9,947 bases of DNA from Candidatus Helarchaeota ASGARD archaeon Hel_GB_B (GCA_005191425.1 SUPR01000109.1:1-9947); one strand, 5' to 3'; counted from the first letter of the stretch, positions 1-7,855 are shown. Program-made: numbers and translations. Notes: a model not told the origin generated them from the sequence alone.

Positions 1-120
1 TAAACTTTTTTGCGTAAAACAAATCTATTATACATATAATACCTATCATACGTATAACCTATTAAAAGGTGATATAATCTATGTTTTTAAGAATATATAT
101 AACTTCTGGTCAAAAATAGG

Positions 121-138
121 TGGCTTTTATGGCTTTTA
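121..138 (+). repeat. 9-bp perfect tandem duplication (TGGCTTTTA x2)
   Basis: tggctttta at 121-129 and 130-138. Confidence 0.8.
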
Positions 139-419
139 GACTATAATAGCTGATTAACTTTTTAGATGTTTTCTATTATTTTTTTTATTAATAATGCTAT
201 CATATAAAGCTGTTTAGAATATTCAAGTCCTTATTTTTTATTTTATGTGAGACCAGTCAATTTCAATAAAATTATATAAATAAATGTATAGTAGCGAAAA
301 CATTTTTAAAGGTAAAAAAAAGCGGGTCCTGCCCAAAGATCTTTAATTTAAAGCCACTTTTATCATTATGAATTTTCGCACTCATTGCATTTTATAGACC
401 TTTTTACCTTTTTACATAA

Positions 420-1000
420 ATGAGATATAAGATGAGTATAGACCAAGATGAGCTGTTTAATAAATATTTATAGGTATATAAATTTTAAATTTATATAAGG
501 CAGAGTTATAAAATTTTTAGATAAATATGATAATAAAAAATGATTAAAGAGTAAAAATAATAATATTGTTAAAAATGAGGGGTTAAATAAAAATAGGGGC
601 GGTCAAATTAATCATATTGAAAGGGGAAGTCTAAATGTTGTCTAAATGTTTATTATTATCACAAAAACCTGGACTTGATAATACCGATTAATAGCGCATT
701 AAAAGAGGTTATAGAGGCGCTAAAAATTGTTGCAATAAAATTTAAAGGAAAAAATATAACAACAAAAATAGTAGAACAGGAGTTTAGTAGAGTAAAAAAG
801 CAGATAAATTTTAAAGTGAAAAAGAGGGAGGAGATGTGGAAAAAGGTCTTGAATTTTATTATACGATGAGGGAATTTCTTGATTTGGTGAAAGGAGTAAT
901 AAAAGAAATAGAAATAGGGAAAAAAAATGTTAAGAAGGTCGATGGGACTTGTATTAAAAGTAATAGAGAACTGCGGTGGAAAAATAACAGAAAAAAATAA
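420..1000 (+). pseudogene. Probable decayed coding relic, possibly the C-terminal part of a DDE transposase (includes ORF 675..869 and a 44-aa ORF 866..1000)
   Basis: The + strand is purine-rich and coding-like, with protein-like segments broken by stops and frameshifts (MRYKMSIDQDELFNKYL*; GRVIKFLDKYDNKK*LKS; ...TTKIVEQEFSRVKKQINFK). Removing one copy of the 11-bp tandem duplication at 629-650 gives one open frame from 544 to 869. TTKIVEQEFSRVKK loosely resembles the TTNxxExxFxxxK catalytic-Glu helix of DDE transposases. The identity is speculative. Confidence 0.3.
629..650 (+). repeat. 11-bp perfect tandem duplication (GTCTAAATGTT x2)
   Basis: gtctaaatgtt at 629-639 and 640-650. Confidence 0.9.
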
Positions 1001-1087
1001 AAATGAAAAATGTTTAATTTTTAAAGAATAGGATTTTATGAAAAGTTAATACAGATATATTTTTATATATATTAACTAATGATTTAA

Positions 1088-1456
1088 GTGAAATTTATAA
1101 TGCCAGAAAATAATGAAAAAGATGAAAAAAAACTAGGGATAGTGGAAATTGAAAGTTTAAAAGATTTGGTACATTTAATAGTAAGACTACCATTCCAAAT
1201 TGTTAACCATATGGAATTATCTGGAAAACACTTATATTTCATTTTATTAGGAAGTGGCGTTCCTGGAGTTTCAACTACTTTGTATTATATTCTTTTGGAT
1301 GAGAAAATTAAAGAAACATATATCGTGTTTAATAGCATTAAAGATACAATAACATACTCAAGTTCTTTTGAGGATAGGCGAGGTGGTACGGTATACATCC
1401 CAATTATTAACATAAAGAAACAGAACTTAGTTAAGGAAGATCTACTTAACTTTTAA
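1088..1456 (+). CDS. Hypothetical protein of ~120 aa (start GTG 1088 or ATG 1100); resembles small conserved archaeal hypotheticals
   Basis: Intact ORF with globular alpha/beta composition, a TATA-like TTTATATA at ~1062-1069 upstream and a T-tract right after the stop. No motif recognised. Confidence 0.75.
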   Translation: MKFIMPENNEKDEKKLGIVEIESLKDLVHLIVRLPFQIVNHMELSGKHLYFILLGSGVPGVSTTLYYILLDEKIKETYIVFNSIKDTITYSSSFEDRRGGTVYIPIINIKKQNLVKEDLLNF

Positions 1457-1471
1457 TTTTTAAATTTTTTT
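1457..1471 (+). terminator. Putative archaeal oligo-T terminator of the 1088..1456 gene
   Basis: TTTTTAAATTTTTTT immediately after the TAA stop. Confidence 0.4.
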
Positions 1472-1610
1472 GTAATATGCTTTTATTATTTTTAATAAGT
1501 AGGTATTCAATTTAATAAATAAAATATAGAAAATGAGATAATCCAGATATAAGGCTACTAAATTAAAAATTTTAATTATTTATTTAGAATTATATAAATT
1601 AAATAAACTG

Positions 1611-1627
1611 AAAAAATTAAAAAAAAA
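1611..1627 (-). terminator. Putative oligo-T terminator of the acyl-CoA dehydrogenase gene
   Basis: An A-tract on + (T-tract on -) about 17-33 nt past the stop at 1644; the two genes are convergent. Confidence 0.35.
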
Positions 1628-1643
1628 TAAATATATTGGTTTT

Positions 1644-3215
1644 TTATTTTGTCATTTCCATTAATCGTTCATCTGCTTTTACCCAATCAGGGTACCATTG
1701 ATAATATTCTTGTGGATTAGCTTTTCTAAGTCCAGCATAATTTGCTTTGACTAAGATTATTTTGTCCTTATGTTTAAAAGTTACTACAAGGCCTTGTTTT
1801 TCTAATTTTTCAATGAGTTCATTAATTACGCTGCGTTTCCATTTCGTTAGTTTGCGAATGTCATCAATTTTCATATGTAGTCCAGGATTTAATCTATAAT
1901 CTTCTGCCAGTATTTTTAATAAGTTTTCCTCTGTTGGTTCTGTTTTTAGCCAATGAGATGGTTTATTTGTAATTATAGGAACGCCCAATTCTTCATGTAA
2001 AACAAAATGATGGTCTAATTCCAAAAATCCTTTTTCTAAAAGAGACCCTCTATAAATAATTACTTTTTGAATTTCTGTAGTCCCTGCTACGATTTCACCT
2101 ATTTTTGCTTCTCGAACCATTCGTTCTATTGGATAAAATCGAGTCAATCCATCACCACCGCTTATTTGGACTGCTACTGATCCAATTTCACGTGCTGAAA
2201 TTGTGCTATATAATTTTGCAATACTTGACCATACGCCCAATGCCATTTCCCTCATTTTTAGTTCTTTTCCGTGGTCTAACAAATATGCAGTGTGATAATT
2301 CACTAATCTTGCGATTTTAAATTTGGTTATAATATCAGCAAGGTCGAATTGTAAGTTGGTCAATCGATTTACTTGAATACCGAATTGAACTCTTCTTTCC
2401 ATATAATTGCCTAATAATTTAATTATGTCACCAAATCCACCGCCAACTACAGCAGCGCCGATCAAACGTTCAAAGTTTAAGCCAGCCATCATAACTTGCC
2501 AACCTTGGCCAATATCACCGCATCTTTGTGAATCAGGTATTCGTACATCCTCGAAGTTCAAATATCCGTTAGGTACATTATCGAAGCCTATCAATGTATT
2601 AATTTTTTCAAGTGTAAATCCTTTAGTCCCGCGATCTATTACAAATGCAGTTAAATGTTTATATTGGCGTCGGTCAGTTGGGTCATCGCTTGTTTTACAA
2701 TAGACTAAATATCTACCTGCAGCTCCTGCACCAGTAGCAAATCTTTTTTTACCATTAATAACCCATTCATCGCCTTCTTTTACTGCGGTTGTATAAGCGT
2801 TTGCTGCATCAGAGCCAGCAAAAACTTCAGTGATCCCTACAGCACCTAAAACTTTACCTTCAGCAATCTGAGTAAGGTATTTTTGTTTTAGTTCTTCAGT
2901 TCCGAATTTAATTAATTGGTGTAGTCCACCTAACATAGAGACAACGAATAGATGTCCAACAGCATAAAGACGACCTAAAGCTTCAGCAACAATACAGCAT
3001 CCAGTTGCTCCCAAGTCAAGTCCGCCGTATTCTTTGGGTACACCTGCACCCATATATCCTTTTTTAGCAACTAGATCCATAACTTCCCATGGAAATCGGT
3101 GCTCCCAATATGCTCTTTCAGCTTTTTCAATATGATCATCACAAAATTGACCGACATCTTTAGCAAGAGCTTTTTGCTCGTCGGTCCACCACCAAAACGG
3201 TTCTAAACCAGCCAT
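1644..3215 (-). CDS. Acyl-CoA dehydrogenase (IVD/LCAD-type catalytic Glu) with a ~130-aa C-terminal extension resembling a winged helix-turn-helix
   Basis: ACAD motifs: GITEVFAGSD (signature 1), WVINGKKRF, GQGWQVMMAGLNFERL, R.QFG, QISGGDG and R.VREAKIGEIVAGTTEIQK (signature 2). The chain continues ~134 aa beyond the usual ACAD end. Confidence 0.95.
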   Translation of the reverse strand: MAGLEPFWWWTDEQKALAKDVGQFCDDHIEKAERAYWEHRFPWEVMDLVAKKGYMGAGVPKEYGGLDLGATGCCIVAEALGRLYAVGHLFVVSMLGGLHQLIKFGTEELKQKYLTQIAEGKVLGAVGITEVFAGSDAANAYTTAVKEGDEWVINGKKRFATGAGAAGRYLVYCKTSDDPTDRRQYKHLTAFVIDRGTKGFTLEKINTLIGFDNVPNGYLNFEDVRIPDSQRCGDIGQGWQVMMAGLNFERLIGAAVVGGGFGDIIKLLGNYMERRVQFGIQVNRLTNLQFDLADIITKFKIARLVNYHTAYLLDHGKELKMREMALGVWSSIAKLYSTISAREIGSVAVQISGGDGLTRFYPIERMVREAKIGEIVAGTTEIQKVIIYRGSLLEKGFLELDHHFVLHEELGVPIITNKPSHWLKTEPTEENLLKILAEDYRLNPGLHMKIDDIRKLTKWKRSVINELIEKLEKQGLVVTFKHKDKIILVKANYAGLRKANPQEYYQWYPDWVKADERLMEMTK

Positions 3216-3527
3216 TTTTCATTCAGACCCTTTAAATTTAAATTTTTAATTAAAAAGTTGGTTATAATAAAAAAGATCATACAGTTTAAGAAATTTTTTA
3301 CAAATGAAAATTAATTAAATTAAAGTAAAAGATTTAACTAAAAAGTGGAACTTAAGAATAAAATATAGAGAATATTAAGGTAATCATAGGAAATAATAAT
3401 GAGAATAATTATGTAATTAAATATTAAGGTAAAAATAATCATATAATTGAATTATAAGTTAAAATATATAATATTATTCATAAAATATTAAAAAAAGTAT
3501 CATGTAAATTGTTGTAGGATGCAATAA

Positions 3528-4688
3528 TTATTTAATGAATTTAGTTGATCTTCCAATTCCAAGAGATAGGATATCATCTTTAGTAATTTTGTAATCTGGG
3601 GGAGTATCTTTGTTGATATCCAAATATACGCCATGTAATACTTCGTCAGTACTCATACCAAGAGATTGAGAGAAGATACGTTCGCCTTCAGGGTATGATG
3701 GTTCAAATTTACTAGTTTTCCATATTTCTTTTGAATTTAAATCAGCAATTTGACAATTAAGTGTTTGGTAAGGTGTAACAAGTCCATTTTTTTCGAGTTT
3801 ATTAATTAATGCACTTTCATAAATTTCTGGAAGGTCACTTTTTAGCCAGTTTATCCAGAAATCACCCAGCCCTTGAATATACAGGTTATGGCCAGCTGAA
3901 AGGCCAGCAAGAATTACTGTAAAATTAAATCGAGGAGAAATTAATAAAGTTTGAATAAAAGGTGGATAAGGTACATATTCAAAATATGCATCAGGAAGTC
4001 CCCATATACGAGGTGCGGTTATCCCATCATAGATATTGGCAATGGATTCATAATTGGAAATTTCAATACCTAAATTACATGCAGCACTCATCCAAACAAG
4101 GACAACATGATAAGTAGAATTAGCCCATTGAGGAGTACGTTCATTTCGGATATCTTTTAATACATCAATAATTTTTTGACCACTTTTACGTAAAGTTTTA
4201 TATTTATTTGGGATATCCTTTAGTTTATAGCCAAATTTTATATGTCTACGGTTGAGAATTTCATCGTCCTTTTGAATCATGAACCAATCAACAGGAATAC
4301 CGCTCTCCATATGACAGTTAAAAAAAGTACCAATTTCACCTGTGAAATCATTAATTAGAATAAAAGTAGAATCAGTGGAATCACCATATAATAATTTAGT
4401 AGTACCAATTTGAAGATCAGAACGTATTCCAAAAACAACTGGGAAAAAGAAGAAGGTAAAAACTTTTTCTGGGTCATTTATTTTTCCATTAATAATCTCT
4501 TTAGCAGTATAAATTGCTTCATCAAGTCGTTCACGAGCAAGATAATAATATTTATCAAATACTAATTCCATAGCATTTTTAGAATAATTCCAGCCAAAAT
4601 CTCGGATAATAGGCCACATATTAAAGCTTAAAGGAAGAAATCTTTTTGTTCTAAGACTATCAGGGATATCACCATAATAAGTAGGCAT
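3528..4688 (-). CDS. Hypothetical protein of 386 aa, function unknown
   Basis: Long intact ORF with an ATG start, 22 nt downstream of the hydrolase stop on the same strand. No family recognised. Confidence 0.88.
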   Translation of the reverse strand: MPTYYGDIPDSLRTKRFLPLSFNMWPIIRDFGWNYSKNAMELVFDKYYYLARERLDEAIYTAKEIINGKINDPEKVFTFFFFPVVFGIRSDLQIGTTKLLYGDSTDSTFILINDFTGEIGTFFNCHMESGIPVDWFMIQKDDEILNRRHIKFGYKLKDIPNKYKTLRKSGQKIIDVLKDIRNERTPQWANSTYHVVLVWMSAACNLGIEISNYESIANIYDGITAPRIWGLPDAYFEYVPYPPFIQTLLISPRFNFTVILAGLSAGHNLYIQGLGDFWINWLKSDLPEIYESALINKLEKNGLVTPYQTLNCQIADLNSKEIWKTSKFEPSYPEGERIFSQSLGMSTDEVLHGVYLDINKDTPPDYKITKDDILSLGIGRSTKFIK

Positions 4689-4710
4689 TTTAGTTCACAG
4701 CAATCGTATT

Positions 4711-5475
4711 TTAAATTGATTCAACAAAATTTTTAATGATTTGATTTATAACACTTGATTTTTCAATATGGACATCATGACCAGCATTTGGGATAATTTG
4801 TAAAATACTTTTTTTAATTTTTTCGTTTAAGTAAATTGAATATTTTTGAGGAGTTAATAAATCTTTTTCCCCACAAATAATCAAAGTTGGAACGGTAATT
4901 TTTTTCACTTGATCCATTATATCAAATTTGTTGCAAATATTAAAATCGGCAATGTAAGTTTTTGATGTTGTTCGTAAAGATTCTGCTTTAACAAATTCAA
5001 TTAACGGTTTTGATTTAGAATACATTGCTATAGAACTAATTTGGTTTATTGCGCTATTAAAATCACTTTGTAAAGATTCAAAAATAAGTGAACTAACTTT
5101 TAATTTAGCCCCAGTTCCAATTAGGATCAAACTATCTACATTATCATACTTTAAGAAATAAGACATACAGATAGCACCACCCATTGAATGGCCCGCCAAT
5201 GTAATTTTATTTCTGTCAAGATGGAGGATTAATTTGTCAATACATTTAAGATATAAATCCATAGAAAGTTCTAGTTCAGCAGAGGAATTAGCATGACCTG
5301 GTAAATCAATAGATATAATTCTAAAATATTTACTTAATTCTGAAAACTGAAACTTCCATAAATTAGAATTTTCACCAGCTCCATGGATAAAAATTATGGT
5401 TTTTTGATCTGAAGTAGAATTTGGGTCAGAATCTTGATAGAAAATATTAACTCCATTGATTTCTAAATATGGCAG
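4711..5475 (-). CDS. Alpha/beta-hydrolase (serine hydrolase; enol-lactonase/esterase-like), 254 aa with a predicted CTG start
   Basis: The frame is open upstream of the track's Met (5262) and encodes IIFIHGAGEN and IDLPGH, with GHSMGG, GEKD and GHDV downstream. There is no in-frame ATG/GTG/TTG upstream. CTG-CCA-TAT (5475) has GGAGG 9 nt upstream. Confidence 0.9.
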   Translation of the reverse strand: MPYLEINGVNIFYQDSDPNSTSDQKTIIFIHGAGENSNLWKFQFSELSKYFRIISIDLPGHANSSAELELSMDLYLKCIDKLILHLDRNKITLAGHSMGGAICMSYFLKYDNVDSLILIGTGAKLKVSSLIFESLQSDFNSAINQISSIAMYSKSKPLIEFVKAESLRTTSKTYIADFNICNKFDIMDQVKKITVPTLIICGEKDLLTPQKYSIYLNEKIKKSILQIIPNAGHDVHIEKSSVINQIIKNFVESI

Positions 5476-5484
5476 ATTAATTCG

Positions 5485-5489
5485 CCTCC
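5485..5489 (-). promoter_or_regulatory. Shine-Dalgarno GGAGG for the hydrolase starting at 5475
   Basis: cctcc on + at 5485-5489; 9-nt spacer to CTG. Confidence 0.65.
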
Positions 5490-5522
5490 ATAAATATTTT
5501 AGGTGAGAATGAATAGAGTAAA

Positions 5523-6290
5523 TTAAAGATTTTGAATAAAATTTCTAATAATTTTGTTTATTAAAATATATTTTTCAATATATACAAGATGACCAGAATT
5601 TGGGATAACATAAAATTTACTATTTTTAATATGTTTATGTAAATATTTTGAATTTTCAATCGGAGTAAGGATGTCATCTTTACCACAAATGATTAAAGTA
5701 GGAATAACTATTTTATCAAGTTTATTTCTTACATCAAATTGATTTATCAATAGAAAATCTTTTAGAGTAACATCGATAGGAGTTTTTATAATTTCTGTTA
5801 AAGCCAATTCACTCAGTTCTTCAAGATTTATCACTATTTTATCAGTTGTTTTGAAAAATTTTAAAGCTTTTAAGAAATTATGGTTAATATCCTCAATTCG
5901 TAATATTATATGTTTAAATGTAGGGGCAGTACTTATTAAAATTAGACCTTTTAGACACTTATATGTAATTGCATATAATTGGGCTATTGCGCCACCCATA
6001 GAATGTCCAACTAATACCGTCCAATTAAGATTTAAGTGAATAATTAATTTATTAACAATTTCAAGGTAAAGACTAAGTGAAAGTTTTTCAATAACTTGGG
6101 ATCTTCCGTGTCCTGGCAAATCTATCGCAATTATTCTATATTCTTTAAAAAAACATTGTATTTGATATCGCCATAGATTCAAATTTTCTCCTGCTCCATG
6201 AATAAATAACAATGTTTTATCGGGATTTTTGGAATGTTTCCCATAATCTATATAAAATATTTTTCTATTTTTAAAAATAAAATAAGGAAT
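5523..6290 (-). CDS. Alpha/beta-hydrolase, paralog of the downstream gene, 255 aa with a predicted ATT start
   Basis: Motifs LFIHGAGEN, IDLPGHG, GHSMGG, GKDD and GHLV. The frame extends 26 codons upstream of TTG 6212 to ATT-CCT-TAT, matching the paralog's start. GAGGT lies 6 nt upstream and an in-frame stop closes the frame 4 codons above the ATT. Confidence 0.9.
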   Translation of the reverse strand: MPYFIFKNRKIFYIDYGKHSKNPDKTLLFIHGAGENLNLWRYQIQCFFKEYRIIAIDLPGHGRSQVIEKLSLSLYLEIVNKLIIHLNLNWTVLVGHSMGGAIAQLYAITYKCLKGLILISTAPTFKHIILRIEDINHNFLKALKFFKTTDKIVINLEELSELALTEIIKTPIDVTLKDFLLINQFDVRNKLDKIVIPTLIICGKDDILTPIENSKYLHKHIKNSKFYVIPNSGHLVYIEKYILINKIIRNFIQNL

Positions 6291-6296
6291 TTTTAG

Positions 6297-6301
6297 ACCT
6301 C
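6297..6301 (-). promoter_or_regulatory. Shine-Dalgarno GAGGT directly after the ard1 stop codon
   Basis: The minus strand reads TAA-GAGGT-CTAAAA-ATT-CCT-TAT. Confidence 0.6.
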
Positions 6302-6796
6302 TTAATTAGTTAATTTATAAGCCATTAAATATGCGTCCTCTCCATCTTTATAATAACCTTTTAATATCTTAATTTTTTTAAAATTATATTTCTCATATAA
6401 TTTTATGGCGCTGGTATTAGAAATTCGTACTTCAAGATAATATTCTTGCACTTGATAGAAACGAGCCATTGAGTCCATTCCAAATTTTAGTAGGCGTTCA
6501 CCGATTTTTTGTCTTCTAAAGTCTTCAAGGACTGCAATAGAAATTAAATGAGCAATTTTGATTCTTCTTAGTGAAATAGCAAAGTTAGAAAATGTTTTTT
6601 CGACTCTCCACATGCAATAGCCAATAATTGAACCATTTCTAGTATTTTCAGCCACCCAGAAACCTTGTGGAAATTTATAATAAACTTCTAAGAAAAAATA
6701 TGACGCATAGTTCTCGGGGAGTGCTGCTCTATTGACTTTTACTACTCCATTAAGGTCATTATCATTAAATAACCGTAATCTAATATTTTCACTCAT
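6302..6796 (-). CDS. rimI: GNAT N-terminal acetyltransferase, archaeal Ard1/RimI type
   Basis: LPENY, HLISIAV, the acetyl-CoA motif RRQKIG, LEVRISN and YYKDGEDAYLM are characteristic of Ard1/Naa10/RimI. Confidence 0.92.
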   Translation of the reverse strand: MSENIRLRLFNDNDLNGVVKVNRAALPENYASYFFLEVYYKFPQGFWVAENTRNGSIIGYCMWRVEKTFSNFAISLRRIKIAHLISIAVLEDFRRQKIGERLLKFGMDSMARFYQVQEYYLEVRISNTSAIKLYEKYNFKKIKILKGYYKDGEDAYLMAYKLTN

Positions 6797-6819
6797 TAAA
6801 AAATCAGTATCAAACTATC

Positions 6820-6827
6820 TTTATAAA
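6820..6827 (-). promoter_or_regulatory. TATA box (TTTATAAA) at -31..-24 from the ard1 ATG; likely leaderless transcript
   Basis: Palindromic TTTATAAA at canonical archaeal spacing if transcription starts at or near the ATG; no SD upstream of this ATG. Confidence 0.5.
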
Positions 6828-6949
6828 AGTTATTTATAGTTAAGAGTTGGGAAGATTGAAGATTTTAAGAATATATAATTTAATTCAGAAGAAAATGAAA
6901 AATTGAAGGTTTTTTAAAAAAATATTTTCATTTAAATTTCAAAATTAAC

Positions 6950-7762
6950 TCAAATATCAATATATAAAAGTTTTTTATTTTCAAATTTCACAATTTGAGT
7001 GTATCCAATATTTCGGAGTAATTTTAATGCGTCTTCAAATTTCCAAGCTATTTCATCAGGTTTATGGGCATCTGAACCTAAAGTTATTTGAATATCATTT
7101 TCATAACATTTTTCAAGAATATTTTGGGATGGATAAAATTCATTCACCGGTTTACGATCACCGGCAGTATTTAATTCAATACAAACATGATTTTTTTTCA
7201 ATAATTCAATAACTGGATCGATTAAAAATGAAATATCATCTTTCGGACGAAACCCAAACTTTTTAACTAAATCAAAATGACCAATTATATTAAAAATATG
7301 AGATTCGACCGCTTTTTTTAAAGCGAAATAATAATCTTTATTAATATCTAAAATGTCAATTTTATCAAATTTCGGAAGATTTTTAGGGTCATCAATACAC
7401 CAATCATTAATAACATGGACAGACCCGATTATATAATCAAATTTAAATTTATCTAAAGCCTTTTTTATAATTTGGTCTTTATTTATAATATAATCAGCTT
7501 CGGTGGCAATTTTAATCTTAATATCAGTGTATTTCTCTTGTAATTCTTTTAAATTATCAAGATATTTTGATACTTCATCCATTGACATACAATAACTTGA
7601 GGTGTCAATATTTTTAGGTATATAGAACATAGGAAAATGGTCACTAAAACCAATTTCGTCCAAATTTTTTGAAATAGCTGATTCAACATATTCGTAAGTT
7701 TCTCCAATGGCATGGTGACACATTTTTGTGTGTACATGAGCATCAATTAATCCTTTTATCAT
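6950..7762 (-). CDS. hisK: PHP-family histidinol-phosphatase (HisJ/HisK type)
   Basis: PHP motifs DAHVHT, GFSDH, EADY, IIGSVH, IGHFDLVKKF, ELNTAG.RKP, E.YPS and ITLGSDAH. Confidence 0.88.
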   Translation of the reverse strand: MIKGLIDAHVHTKMCHHAIGETYEYVESAISKNLDEIGFSDHFPMFYIPKNIDTSSYCMSMDEVSKYLDNLKELQEKYTDIKIKIATEADYIINKDQIIKKALDKFKFDYIIGSVHVINDWCIDDPKNLPKFDKIDILDINKDYYFALKKAVESHIFNIIGHFDLVKKFGFRPKDDISFLIDPVIELLKKNHVCIELNTAGDRKPVNEFYPSQNILEKCYENDIQITLGSDAHKPDEIAWKFEDALKLLRNIGYTQIVKFENKKLLYIDI

Positions 7763-7823
7763 TTTATTTCACATTAAATAAATTTATTTATAATTGAGAA
7801 ATTATTTTTATTAAATTTTTCAG

Positions 7824-7855
7824 AGATTAAGCTGATTATTTTTTGTTGAATATAT
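7824..7855 (+). repeat. Left terminal inverted repeat (AGATTAAGCTGATTATTTTTTGTTGAATATAT)
   Basis: 22 of the first 24 nt match the reverse complement of 9695-9718 (first 13 nt perfect); a further 7 nt match after a 1-nt indel. Confidence 0.85.

Noticed and set aside
81-119. 12-codon ORF (MFLRIYITSGQK) behind an AGGTGA SD-like motif
   Set aside because: Too short to support without conservation or ribosome-profiling data
148-163. AGCTGATTA match to the IS TIR core
   Set aside because: Only 9 bp in very AT-rich DNA, no partner end; consistent with chance
616-623. ATTGAAAG, resembling a CRISPR repeat 3' end
   Set aside because: Single occurrence, with no repeat-spacer periodicity anywhere in the window
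938-964. VDGTCIKSN, resembling the IS1182/IS5 DGTxIxAN motif
   Set aside because: It lies downstream of the Glu-helix-like motif (wrong order for one DDE domain) and has no supporting context
2105-2320. 71-aa + strand ORF
   Set aside because: Antisense shadow inside the ACAD gene, with no motif
2407-2703. 98-aa + strand ORF
   Set aside because: Antisense to the conserved ACAD core
5851-6039. 62-aa + strand ORF
   Set aside because: Antisense to the hydrolase nucleophile region
7027-7212. 61-aa + strand ORF
   Set aside because: Antisense to the PHP phosphatase
7549-7746. 65-aa - strand ORF
   Set aside because: Alternative frame nested within the PHP phosphatase; no motif
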